Virus record (IMG/VR): IMGVR_UViG_2529292715_000006
Direction: 5' to 3' (one strand)
DNA from: a virus
Lineage: Duplodnaviria; Heunggongvirae; Uroviricota; Caudoviricetes
Length of the DNA stretch: 33,113 nucleotides
The notes beneath the pieces are model-generated. The model was not told the DNA's origin, did no database searches, and saw only the letters and a list, made by a program, of their open reading frames with translations. Shown one piece after another: positions 24,086 to 33,113 of the stretch. How positions within the stretch are numbered: the first letter of the stretch is position 1; each line of letters opens with the position of its first letter. The translations under genes were made by a program, and so were the position numbers.

Positions 24086-25565
24086 CACCATTCCGTCAAA
24101 TACGCTGGTTCCGATTTTTTATGCGGAAATGGATAACTCGGCGGCGAATACTGCACAGGACAGCGGAGCATCGCTGCTGATTGGTCATGCCAATAACGGT
24201 GCAGAGATTGTTGCCAACAGTCTGGTGCTGATGCCATCGGCAGACTATGCACGCCAGATTTGTGGTGCGGGAAGTCAGCTGGCGCGTATGGTCGAGGCTT
24301 ATCGCCAGACCGACCCGTTTGGTGAGCTGTATGTGATTGCCGTTCCAGAAGCCACAGGCGCGGCGGCAACGGTTACGCTGACGGTGACCGGGGAAGCAAC
24401 CGAAAGCGGCACGGTGAATGTCTATGTGGGACGTACCCGCGTGCAGGCTCCGGTGACCAACGGCGATAACGTCACGACGATTGCCAGCAGTATCCAGGAT
24501 GCCATCAATGCCGTTCCGGCCCTGCCGTTTACGGCTTCATCTTCGGCAGGCGTGGTCACACTGACCGCGCGTCATAAGGGGCTTTGCGGGAATGAAATTC
24601 CTGTCAGCCTCAATTACTACGGCTTTGGTGGGGGCGAAGTGCTGCCAGCGGGCGTACAGATTGCCGTGGCGACGGGTACCGCCGGAACGGGTGCTCCGGT
24701 TCTCACCGGCGCGGTGGCTGCAATGGCGGATGAGCCGTTTGATTATATCGGCCTGCCGTTCAACGACACGGCCTCCGTTAACACGCTGGTGACCGAGATG
24801 AACGATACCAGCGGTCGCTGGAGCTATGCGCGTCAGCTGTATGGTCATGTGTATACGGCAAAGATCGGCACGCTGTCAGAACTGGTGACCGCAGGTGACC
24901 AGTTTAACCAGCAGCACATTACCCTGGCGGGATACGAAAAAGAGACCCAGACGCCTGCCGACGAGCTGGCGGCAAGCCGTACCGCCCGCGCAGCGGTGTT
25001 TATTCGCAACGATCCGGCACGTCCCACGCAGACCGGTGAGCTGGTGGGTATGCTGCCTGCGCCGAAGGGGAAACGGTTCACGATGACCGAACAACAGACC
25101 CTGCTGTCTCATGGCGTGGCAACGGCGTATGTCGAAAGCGGGGTGCTGCGCATTCAGCGTGATGTCACCACGTACAGGAAAAACGCTTACGGTGTTGCGG
25201 ATAACAGCTACCTCGACAGCGAGACGCTGCATACCAGCGCGTATGTGCTGCGCAAACTGAAATCCGTCATTACCAGTAAGTACGGGCGTCACAAGCTTGC
25301 CAGCGACGGTACCCGCTTTGGTCCCGGTCAGGCGATTGTCACACCGGCGGTGATCAAAGGGGAACTGCTGGCAACCTACCGTCAGCTTGAGCGTGCGGGG
25401 ATCGTGGAAAACTACGAACTGTTTAAGCAGTACCTGGTTGTGGAGCGTGATGCCAGCGATCCGAACCGCCTGAACACGCTGTTCCCGCCTGACTATGTTA
25501 ACCAGTTGCGTGTCTTTGCCGTGGTTAACCAGTTCCGTCTTCAGTATTCAGAGGAGTCTGCATAA
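24072..25565 (+). CDS. Contractile tail sheath protein (Mu gpL-like)
   Basis: 497 aa; followed directly by a 118-aa tube gene; family resemblance is from memory. Confidence 0.85.
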   Translation: MTSFNTIPSNTLVPIFYAEMDNSAANTAQDSGASLLIGHANNGAEIVANSLVLMPSADYARQICGAGSQLARMVEAYRQTDPFGELYVIAVPEATGAAATVTLTVTGEATESGTVNVYVGRTRVQAPVTNGDNVTTIASSIQDAINAVPALPFTASSSAGVVTLTARHKGLCGNEIPVSLNYYGFGGGEVLPAGVQIAVATGTAGTGAPVLTGAVAAMADEPFDYIGLPFNDTASVNTLVTEMNDTSGRWSYARQLYGHVYTAKIGTLSELVTAGDQFNQQHITLAGYEKETQTPADELAASRTARAAVFIRNDPARPTQTGELVGMLPAPKGKRFTMTEQQTLLSHGVATAYVESGVLRIQRDVTTYRKNAYGVADNSYLDSETLHTSAYVLRKLKSVITSKYGRHKLASDGTRFGPGQAIVTPAVIKGELLATYRQLERAGIVENYELFKQYLVVERDASDPNRLNTLFPPDYVNQLRVFAVVNQFRLQYSEESA

Positions 25566-25921
25566 TGGCCCGTATCGGGGGAACCTGTTATTTCAAAATT
25601 GACGGTCAACAGCTATCGCTGACCGGCGGCATTGAGGTGCCCATGAACAGGACGGTCAATGATGACATCATCGGCCTGGACGGTTCAGTGGACCGCAAGG
25701 AAACTCACCGTGCGCCTTATGTCAAAGGGACCTTCAAGGTGCCGAAGAATTTTCCGGCGAGCAAAATCACCTCGTCTGATGAGATGACCATCACTGCCGA
25801 GCTGGCGAACGGTCAGGTCTATGTACTGTCGTCTGCCTGGCTGCACGGCGAAGCGAACCATAATGCCGAAGAAGGCACGGTCGATCTTGAGTTCCACGGT
25901 GAAGAAGGGGATTACCAGTAA
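25565..25921 (+). CDS. Tail tube protein (Mu gpM-like)
   Basis: 118 aa, TAATG-coupled to the sheath gene; AGGAG SD. Confidence 0.8.
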   Translation: MARIGGTCYFKIDGQQLSLTGGIEVPMNRTVNDDIIGLDGSVDRKETHRAPYVKGTFKVPKNFPASKITSSDEMTITAELANGQVYVLSSAWLHGEANHNAEEGTVDLEFHGEEGDYQ

Positions 25922-26190
25922 TGAAAGAGCTTGAGTTAAAGAAACCGATTACCGCTCATGGCGAGACACTCTCCGTACTGGAGTTTGATGAGCCCACCGG
26001 GAAAGATGTCCGCGAGCTGGGGTATCCCTACCAGATGAATCAGGATGAGTCCGTCAGACTTCTGGCGCATGTGGTATCGAAATATATTGTGCGGCTGGCG
26101 AAAGTGCCGCAAAGCTCTGTCGACCAGATGTCTCCGGCAGACCTGAATGCAGCGGCGTGGCTTGTGGCTGGTTTTTTCCTCCAGGCCTGA
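25921..26190 (+). CDS. Tail assembly chaperone (G-like product)
   Basis: 89 aa immediately upstream of the tape measure gene; ends ...VAGFFLQA*. Confidence 0.75.
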   Translation: MKELELKKPITAHGETLSVLEFDEPTGKDVRELGYPYQMNQDESVRLLAHVVSKYIVRLAKVPQSSVDQMSPADLNAAAWLVAGFFLQA

Positions 26191-26339
26191 CGGCTGAATA
26201 CCTTACTGATCGCTTCTTTGATTGCGCCAGCTACTGGCGCATTAATCCCTTCGAATTGCTGAATATGCCGATCAGTGAAATTCCCTTGCTGGTCAGTCAG
26301 GCAAACAGGATAGAGCAGGAGAAACGCACACATGGCTGA
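25921..26339 (+). CDS. Tail assembly chaperone -1 frameshift fusion (GT-like product)
   Basis: Slippery heptamer T TTT TTC at 26172-26178; the -1 frame continues FFPPGLTAEYLTDRFFDCASYWRINPFELLNMPISEIPLLVSQANRIEQEKRTHG* to 26339. Confidence 0.6.
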
Positions 26340-28167
26340 ATTTGAGCTTAAGGCGTTGATCACCGGTGTCGACAGGCTTTCTCCCGCGCTGTCGAAAATG
26401 CAAAAGAAAATCCGGGGATTTAAACGCCAGGCGGAAGAAGCGTCACAGGGTGGGCTGGCGCTTGGTGGCGGACTGGCAGCGGGTCTGACGCTTTCCCTGA
26501 AATCTTATGCCGATCAGGAAAACGCCGCCACCGGGCTGAAAGTCGCCATGATGGATGCGAATGGCGAGGTTGGAAAGAGCTTTCAGGACATCAATAAACT
26601 GGCTATTGGCCTGGGTAACCAGCTACCCGGTACAACGGCTGATTTCCAGAACATGATGCAGATGCTGGTGCGTCAGGGGATCCCGGCAGAAAATATTCTT
26701 GGCGGTGTGGGTAAAGCGACAGCTTATCTTGCGGTACAACTGAAAAAAACACCGGAAGCGGCTGCTGAGTTTGCTGCAAAGATGCAGGATGCTACCGGAA
26801 CGGCGTCAGAAGACATGATGGGGCTGTTCGACACTATCCAGAAGGCGTTTTATCTGGGCGTTGACGATACCAACATGTTGTCCTTCTTCACTAAAACCAG
26901 TTCTGTTCTGAAGATGGTGAACAAGGACGGTCTTCAGGCTGCACAGAGCCTTGCCCCCATCAGCGTCATGATGGATCAGATGGGGATGAACGGGGAGTCG
27001 GCAGGTAATGCCCTGCGAAAAGTTATCCAGTCCGGATTAAGCGTTAAGAAAATCAGGGACGTCAATAAAATCATGGCCCGCCAGAAACTCGGGGTACAGC
27101 TCGATTTTACTGACGGCAAAGGAAGTTTTGGCGGTCTTGATAACATGTTCAGGCAACTGGCAAAGCTGCGAAAACTGACCGACGTTAAGCGAACAGGTGT
27201 ACTTAAGGCAATATTTGGTGATGATGCCGAAACCCTTCAGGTGGTCAATGCACTAATCGATAAAGGAAAGGATGGCTACGATCAGATCCAGCAGAAGATG
27301 AATAAACAGGCCAGCCTGAATAAACGTGTTCAGGCCCAGCTTGGTACGCTGTCCAACCTGTGGGAGGCAATGACGGGGACCGCAACTAACGGCCTTGCGG
27401 CTATTGGCGGCGCATTTTCTGGTGACGCCAAAAATATCACGCAATGGCTGGGGGAGTTGGGGGAGAAATTCACGAAGTTTGCGGATGAAAATCCCCGGGT
27501 TATTCGCGGCGTCGTCGGGCTTGCTGCCGGTCTTGCGATTCTGAAACTGGGATTGATGGGCGTGGGCAGTGCCATCAGTATCGTCAGCAGGATCATGTCG
27601 ATGACGCCGATTGGCATGATTGCGACGGCGATTGCCCTGGCTGCGGGATTAATTATCACTAACTGGGATGTTGTCGGACCTTATTTTAAGAAACTCTGGG
27701 AAACCATTAGTCCTTATTTTGAGGCTGGCTGGGAACTTCTGAAGAAGGTTTTTGCCTGGTCGCCGCTGGGGATGGTGATCAATAACTGGGGACCGGTTGT
27801 TAAGTGGTTTCAGGATATGTGGGATAAGCTGAAGCCAATTATTGAGTGGTTTACCGACAGTTCAGGTGACACGGTCGATGCCATTAACTCGGCGCAGTGG
27901 GGCGCGGGTGCTTATGATGCTTATGGGACGGGAATACCGGCGCGGGGATACATACCTTATCCGGCGGTGGATCTGGCTCAGTCAAACAACGCCTCCGATG
28001 CCACAGGCCCGAATCCCTTCATGATTAACAAAGCTTCTGCGCCAAAAGTTGATGGTGAGATCAAGGTCTCTTTTGTGAATTCGCCTCCGGGTATGCGGGT
28101 TATGGAAACGCGATCCAGCGGTTTTGATGTCAGCCATGATGTTGGCTATACGCGCTTTGGCAGGTAA
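26332..28167 (+). CDS. Tail tape measure protein
   Basis: 611 aa, helix-rich, central Gly/Ala-rich hydrophobic stretch; follows the chaperone pair. Confidence 0.9.
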   Translation: MAEFELKALITGVDRLSPALSKMQKKIRGFKRQAEEASQGGLALGGGLAAGLTLSLKSYADQENAATGLKVAMMDANGEVGKSFQDINKLAIGLGNQLPGTTADFQNMMQMLVRQGIPAENILGGVGKATAYLAVQLKKTPEAAAEFAAKMQDATGTASEDMMGLFDTIQKAFYLGVDDTNMLSFFTKTSSVLKMVNKDGLQAAQSLAPISVMMDQMGMNGESAGNALRKVIQSGLSVKKIRDVNKIMARQKLGVQLDFTDGKGSFGGLDNMFRQLAKLRKLTDVKRTGVLKAIFGDDAETLQVVNALIDKGKDGYDQIQQKMNKQASLNKRVQAQLGTLSNLWEAMTGTATNGLAAIGGAFSGDAKNITQWLGELGEKFTKFADENPRVIRGVVGLAAGLAILKLGLMGVGSAISIVSRIMSMTPIGMIATAIALAAGLIITNWDVVGPYFKKLWETISPYFEAGWELLKKVFAWSPLGMVINNWGPVVKWFQDMWDKLKPIIEWFTDSSGDTVDAINSAQWGAGAYDAYGTGIPARGYIPYPAVDLAQSNNASDATGPNPFMINKASAPKVDGEIKVSFVNSPPGMRVMETRSSGFDVSHDVGYTRFGR

Positions 28168-28227
28168 TGAAAAATTAATCTGTTAATGAGTCCCACTCCG
28201 GTGGGATTTTTTATGTACGGAGTTTAT

Positions 28228-29556
28228 ATGACGTGGAAAGACAGACTTCAGGACGCGTCATTTCGCGGTGTGCCGTTTAAGGTTGAAGAAGAAAATGCGG
28301 GAACCGGTCGTCGTGTGGAAACGCACGAATACCCGAACCGCGACAAACCCTATACCGAAGATCTGGGAAAAGTCACTTTCCGCCCGTCCATCACGGCTTA
28401 TGTGGTGGGAGATGACTGCTTTGACCAGCGCGATCGCCTGATTGACGCGCTGAATAAACCCGGTCCCGGCACGCTTGTCCATCCGACATACGGTGAGCTG
28501 AAAGTCTGTGTTGACGGGGAGGTTCGGGTCAGCACATCGAAGGGTGAAGGGCGTATTGTCCGCTTTGACCTGAAGTTTGTCGAAGCGGGAGAACTCTCTT
28601 ACCCCACATCAGGTGCGGCGACGGCGCAGACGCTGATGTCATCCTGTTCTGCACTGGATGACTGCATCAGTGACAGTTTCAGTGGTTTCAGTATCGATGG
28701 CGTGGCAGATTTTGTGCAGAACGACGTCGTCGGTAATGCCAGCACAATGCTTGGGTATGTTTCTGATGCGATGAAAGTGGTGGATTCTGCCGTATCGGAT
28801 GTCGCCAGGCTGTTGCAGGGGGATATCTCGGTACTTCTGCCGCCGCCATCGTCAGGCAAAAATTTCGTTGAGCAGGTGCAGAAAATGTGGCGTACCGGGA
28901 AACGCCTTTATGGTAACGCCAGCGACCTGGTCACCATGATCAAAACGCTTTCCGGTGTCAGCCTCGGCAGCGATCTGCAACCGCGCGGCGTCTGGAAAAC
29001 GGACAGTAAAACCACCGCCACGGCGACGCAGCAGCGTAACGTGGTTGCCAGCACCCTTCGTACGACCGCAATCAGCGAAGCGGCGTATGCCGTCACCCGA
29101 TTGCCTGCGCCAACAACTTCCGCGGTGATGCAGAATGCCGCAGTGGAGCAGGCAACAACACCTGCGCAGAGCACTGGCTGGCCTTCCGTCACGCATCCGG
29201 CACTGAACAATGCACCGGCGGTGAAAAACACGGTTGACCTGCCGACGTGGGAAGAACTGACTGACATTCGCGACACACTGAATACGGCAATTGATAAGGA
29301 GTTGTCCCGTACAACCAGTGATGCGCTGTTTCTGGCGCTGCGCCGGGTGAAAGCAGATCTGAATGCGGATATCAACACGCGCCTTGAACAGTCTGCACGG
29401 ATCATTCAGCGCACACCGGATGAGGTTTTACCCGCGCTGGTGCTGGCGGCGACCTGGTTTGATAACGCGGCGCGTGACGCGGACATTATCCGGCGTAATG
29501 CCATTACGCATCCCGGCTTTGTGCCGGTGATCCCTCTGAAGGTGCCAGTGCAATGA
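28228..29556 (+). CDS. Mu gpN-like DNA circularisation / tail protein
   Basis: ATG 28228 with GGAG upstream; MTWKDRLQDASFRGVPFKVEEENAGTGRRVETHEYPNRDKPYTEDLGK... Confidence 0.75.
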   Translation: MTWKDRLQDASFRGVPFKVEEENAGTGRRVETHEYPNRDKPYTEDLGKVTFRPSITAYVVGDDCFDQRDRLIDALNKPGPGTLVHPTYGELKVCVDGEVRVSTSKGEGRIVRFDLKFVEAGELSYPTSGAATAQTLMSSCSALDDCISDSFSGFSIDGVADFVQNDVVGNASTMLGYVSDAMKVVDSAVSDVARLLQGDISVLLPPPSSGKNFVEQVQKMWRTGKRLYGNASDLVTMIKTLSGVSLGSDLQPRGVWKTDSKTTATATQQRNVVASTLRTTAISEAAYAVTRLPAPTTSAVMQNAAVEQATTPAQSTGWPSVTHPALNNAPAVKNTVDLPTWEELTDIRDTLNTAIDKELSRTTSDALFLALRRVKADLNADINTRLEQSARIIQRTPDEVLPALVLAATWFDNAARDADIIRRNAITHPGFVPVIPLKVPVQ

Positions 29557-30632
29557 ACGATAACGTCACGCTACGGGTAAATGGCCGGGAGTGGAATGGC
29601 TGGACATCGGTGCGCATCGGTGCCGGTATTGAACGGCTGGCGCGGGATTTCAGTGTGGAGATCTCCCGCCAGTGGCCGGGAGATGGGGGTATCACCACGC
29701 TTCAGCCGCGCATTAAAAACGGTTCAAAAGTGGAAGTGCTGATTGGTGATGAGCTGGTGATCACCGGCTGGGTGGAGGCGACGCCCGTTCGTTACGATGC
29801 CCGTTCGGTCAGCACCGGTATTGCCGGACGCAGTCTGACGGCTGACCTGATTGACTGTGCAGCCGAACCGACACAGTTTAACGGACGAGAGCTGGTACAG
29901 ATTGCGCAGGCGCTTGCTGCGCCTTTCGGCATTGAGGTGGTGAACAACGGTGCGCCGTCGGGTGTTATTCCTGACGTCCAGCCCGATCACGGTGAAACGG
30001 TGATTGAGGTAATCAACAAAATACTCGGTCAGCAGCAGGCACTGGCTTACGACGACCCGCACGGCAGGCTGGTGATTGGTGGTATTGGCTCAACGCGGGC
30101 ACATACTGCGCTGGTACTCGGGGAAAACATCCTTTCCTGCGATACGGAGAAGAGTATCCGGGAGCGGTTTTCTGTTTACCAGGTGGCGGGGCAGCGTGCC
30201 GGAAACGACGATGATTTCGGTGAGGCCACCACCACCGCGCTGCGGGCCCGCACAGAGGACGCATTTATTGCCCGTTACCGTCCGATGTATATCAGGCAGA
30301 CAGGGCAGGCCACGGGGGCAGGCTGTACTGCGCGTGCTGACTTTGAAGCCCGGCAACGGGCGGCGCGGACGGATGAAACCACCTATGTGGTGCAGGGCTG
30401 GCGACAGGGTAACGGTACGCTGTGGCAGCCCAACCAGCGGGTGATTGTCTTCGATCCGGTCTGTGGTTTTGACAATACCGAACTGCTTGTCTCGGAAGTC
30501 ACGTTTACTCAGGACCAGAATGGCACTCTGACGGAAATCCGTGTCGGCCCGCCTGATGCTTATCTGCCTGAACCCGAAGACCCCGGCGCGCGGAAAAAGA
30601 AAAAAGCCAGAGTACAGGAGGACCCGTTCTGA
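29553..30632 (+). CDS. Baseplate protein (Mu gpP-like)
   Basis: 359 aa, ATGA-coupled to the upstream gene. Confidence 0.75.
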   Translation: MNDNVTLRVNGREWNGWTSVRIGAGIERLARDFSVEISRQWPGDGGITTLQPRIKNGSKVEVLIGDELVITGWVEATPVRYDARSVSTGIAGRSLTADLIDCAAEPTQFNGRELVQIAQALAAPFGIEVVNNGAPSGVIPDVQPDHGETVIEVINKILGQQQALAYDDPHGRLVIGGIGSTRAHTALVLGENILSCDTEKSIRERFSVYQVAGQRAGNDDDFGEATTTALRARTEDAFIARYRPMYIRQTGQATGAGCTARADFEARQRAARTDETTYVVQGWRQGNGTLWQPNQRVIVFDPVCGFDNTELLVSEVTFTQDQNGTLTEIRVGPPDAYLPEPEDPGARKKKKARVQEDPF

Positions 30633-31179
30633 TGAGGACGATTGAAGCCATGCAGCGACAACTCCTCGGCCTGATTGGGCGGGCCGTGGTGAAAAGCATC
30701 AGTGCCGCCACGAAATGTCTGACCGTGGATGTGTCCCTGATTGCCGGTGAACCCAAAGCCGGGTTGAACATCTTGAACCCTACGGTTTTACCGCAAGGGC
30801 AAACAGCGGTGCGGAAGCGGTGGTGTTGTTTCCGGATGGCGACCGTTCTCATGCGGTGGTTGTTACGGTGTCAGACCGGCGCTACCGCCTGAAAGGGCTG
30901 CAGACGGGTGAGGTGGCTGTCTATGACGATCAGGGGCAGTCCGTGACGCTGACCCGGGAGGGGATCGTGGTGGACGGTGCAGGTAAAACGATCACGTTTC
31001 GCAATGCACCTGAAGCACGTTTTGAAATGGACCTGGAAGTAACAGGACAGGTGAAAGACCTGTGCGACTCCGGCGGCACCACCATGTCAGCAATGCGGCT
31101 TGCCTATAACGGTCATCGTCACAGAGAGAACGGTCAGGGCAGTAACACCGATAAACCTGATAAAGCTATGGAGGCATGA
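30632..31179 (+). pseudogene. Baseplate spike/assembly protein (gpV / Mu gp45-like) with a frame break near 30750-30770
   Basis: N-terminus in one frame (30632-30892) and the remainder in the next frame (open 30751-31179: ...VEHLEPYGFTARANSGAEAVVLFPDGDRSHAVVVTVSDRRYRLKGLQTGEVAVYDDQGQSVTL...); neither ORF alone is full length. Confidence 0.6.
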
Positions 31180-31604
31180 TGGAACTGTGGCTGACGGTGA
31201 ACGGTAAACGCACCTGCGCCAGCGCACCGCTGGATCCGCTGACCCGCGCCGTGGTGATTTCCCTGTTTACCTGGCGGCGGGCGGAGCCTGATGACAACGC
31301 CGACGTCCCGATGGGATGGTGGGGGGATACCTGGCCTGCGGTACAGAATGACCGTTACGCCTCCAGACTGTGGCTGCTTCAGCGCAGCAAACTGACCAAT
31401 CAGCTGGTGCAGACGGTAAGGGGGTATATCCGCGAATGCCTGCAATGGATGACTGATGACGGCGTGGTGTCCCGTATTGATCTGGATATCCGCCGCACCG
31501 GGATTAATGAACTGGGTAACAGTATCACTCTCTGGCGTCGTGACGGACCGGTAATGATTTCTTTTGATGATCTGTGGAGTGCGATAACGCATGGCGGACA
31601 GTGA
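31176..31604 (+). CDS. Baseplate protein (Mu gp46-like)
   Basis: 142 aa, ATGA-coupled. Confidence 0.75.
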   Translation: MMELWLTVNGKRTCASAPLDPLTRAVVISLFTWRRAEPDDNADVPMGWWGDTWPAVQNDRYASRLWLLQRSKLTNQLVQTVRGYIRECLQWMTDDGVVSRIDLDIRRTGINELGNSITLWRRDGPVMISFDDLWSAITHGGQ

Positions 31605-32649
31605 ATTTCAGCGCCCGACGCTGGCAGAAAATATCAGTATGCTCCGTAACGATTTATTCGCCAGGCTGGACGTCAGCGACACGCTACGGCGCATGGATGA
31701 AGACGTGCGGGCAAAGGTGTATGCGGCGGCGCTGCATACGGTTTACGGGTACATCGATTATCTGGCAATGAACATGCTGCCTGACCTGTGCGATGAGTTC
31801 TGGCTGGCGCGACATGCTGCGATGAAACGGTGTCCGCGCAAGGGGGCCACGGCTGCCAGCGGGTATATGCGCTGGGAAGGTGTCAGCGATGGCCTGAAGG
31901 TGACCGCCGGAAGTGTTATTCAGCGCGATGACCTGGTTCAGTACACGGCAACTGCCGATGCAGCCAGCTCCGGTGGTGTCCTGCGCCTGCCGATCGCCTG
32001 TTCAACTGCAGGCGCGGTCGGTAACGCTGACGACGGTACGGCATTAATCCTGGTCACGCCGGTGAATGGTCTGCCGTCTTCCGGTGTTGCAGATACCCTG
32101 ACAGGTGGATTTGATACTGAAGAGCTGGAAACGTGGCGCGCCCGCGTCATTGAGCGGTATTACTGGACGCCGCAGGGCGGGGCTGACGGGGACTATGTCG
32201 TCTGGGCTAAAGAAGTGCCCGGCATTACCCGCGCATGGGCATACCGTCACTGGATGGGAACGGGGACTGTCGGTGTGATGATTGCCAGTAGTGACCTGAT
32301 TAATCCCATTCCGGAAGAATCAACGGAAACGGCGGCAAGACAACATATCGGGCCGCTGGCCCCGGTGGCAGGCTCTGATTTGTATGTGTTCAGGCCGGTG
32401 GCGCATACGGTGGATTTTCATATCCGTGTGACGCCGGATACACCGGAAATACGGGCTGCCATCACCGCGGAGTTGCGTTCGTTCCTGCTGCGTGATGGTT
32501 ATCCGCAGGGAGAACTGAAGGTATCGCGTATCAGTGAGGCGATTTCCGGTGCGAACGGGGAATACAGCCATCAGTTGCTTGCCCCGGCTGACAATATCTC
32601 CATTGCAAAAAATGAACTGGCGGTTCTGGGGACGATTTCATGGACGTGA
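31591..32649 (+). CDS. Baseplate J-like wedge protein (Mu gp47-like)
   Basis: 352 aa; position in the baseplate operon. Confidence 0.8.
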   Translation: MADSEFQRPTLAENISMLRNDLFARLDVSDTLRRMDEDVRAKVYAAALHTVYGYIDYLAMNMLPDLCDEFWLARHAAMKRCPRKGATAASGYMRWEGVSDGLKVTAGSVIQRDDLVQYTATADAASSGGVLRLPIACSTAGAVGNADDGTALILVTPVNGLPSSGVADTLTGGFDTEELETWRARVIERYYWTPQGGADGDYVVWAKEVPGITRAWAYRHWMGTGTVGVMIASSDLINPIPEESTETAARQHIGPLAPVAGSDLYVFRPVAHTVDFHIRVTPDTPEIRAAITAELRSFLLRDGYPQGELKVSRISEAISGANGEYSHQLLAPADNISIAKNELAVLGTISWT

Positions 32650-33113
32650 CAAACGATGATTACATCCGTCTGTTGTCGGCACTGTTGCCCCCCGGTCCGG
32701 CGTGGTCAGCCAGAGATCCGGCGATTGCCGGTGCGGCACCGTCATTAACCCGCGTTCATCAGCGTGCGGATGTCCTGATGCGGGAGCTGGATCCGCGCAC
32801 CACCACTGAACTGATAAACCGCTGGGAGCGTCTGTGCGGTCTGCCGGATGAATGTATTCCCGCAGGGACACAGACCCTTCGCCAGCGTCAGCAACGACTG
32901 GATGCGAAGGTTAACCTGGCGGGCGGCATCAATGAGGATTTTTACCTTGCACAGCTTGCTGCCCTGGGCAGACCAGACGCCACCATCACGCGATACGACA
33001 AAAGCACGTTCACCTGCTCATCTGCCTGTACTGACGCGGTGAATGCGCCGGAATGGCGGTATTACTGGCAGGTCAACATGCCAGTCGCCACCAACAGCAC
33101 CTGGATGACATGT
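32640..33113 (+). CDS. Tail protein (Mu gp48-like), N-terminal 158 codons (runs off right edge)
   Basis: ATG 32640 ([53 protein letters not shown]...) open to the window end; absent from the ORF track because there is no in-window stop. Confidence 0.7.
   Translation, partial: MDVTNDDYIRLLSALLPPGPAWSARDPAIAGAAPSLTRVHQRADVLMRELDPRTTTELINRWERLCGLPDECIPAGTQTLRQRQQRLDAKVNLAGGINEDFYLAQLAALGRPDATITRYDKSTFTCSSACTDAVNAPEWRYYWQVNMPVATNSTWMTC

Larger units (their letters stand above)
1..33113. mobile_element. Partial prophage: lambdoid early/immunity/lysis modules, HK97-type head, Mu-type contractile tail
   Basis: Gene order int-xis / cI-cro / replication / Q-like / holin-endolysin-spanins / HNH-terS-terL-portal-protease-capsid / sheath-tube-tape measure-baseplate, read from the translated ORFs; both window edges fall inside phage genes. 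Confidence 0.85.

Noticed and set aside
1-33113. tRNA genes, tmRNA, and an att site within the window
   Set aside because: No T-arm-like GGTTCGAATCC motif or cloverleaf-compatible segment found by eye; the att site is expected beyond the 3' end of int, outside the left edge.

Overview
This window is the left ~33 kb of a mosaic temperate phage integrated as a prophage; the integrase runs off the left edge and the baseplate genes run off the right edge. Reading left to right: integrase and excisionase (minus strand); an early-left operon on the minus strand, in which an HD-domain gene is split by a complete 768-bp IS1 with 9-bp target duplications; a cI/Cro-type immunity switch with repeated GTACC-N5-GGTAC operator-like sites; a replication module with iterons inside the initiator gene; a nin-like block (adenine methyltransferase, LexA-DNA-binding-domain-only protein, RusA, KilA-N, DUF968-like protein, Q-like antiterminator); a lysis cassette (holin, lambda R-like endolysin, overlapped Rz/Rz1); HNH-terS-terL packaging genes; an HK97-type head module; and a Mu-type contractile tail and baseplate. 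The strongest candidate for a new system is an AT-rich, oppositely oriented KAP-family P-loop NTPase (PifA-like) inserted between the Q-like gene and the late-operon terminator, a classic moron/defence position. A second AT-rich moron encodes a membrane-anchored protein between the lysis and packaging genes. The prophage also carries several apparent inactivating lesions: the IS1 insertion, an in-frame amber codon in terL, and a frame break in the baseplate spike gene. All protein calls rest on motifs I recognise by eye in the translations; no database search was run.
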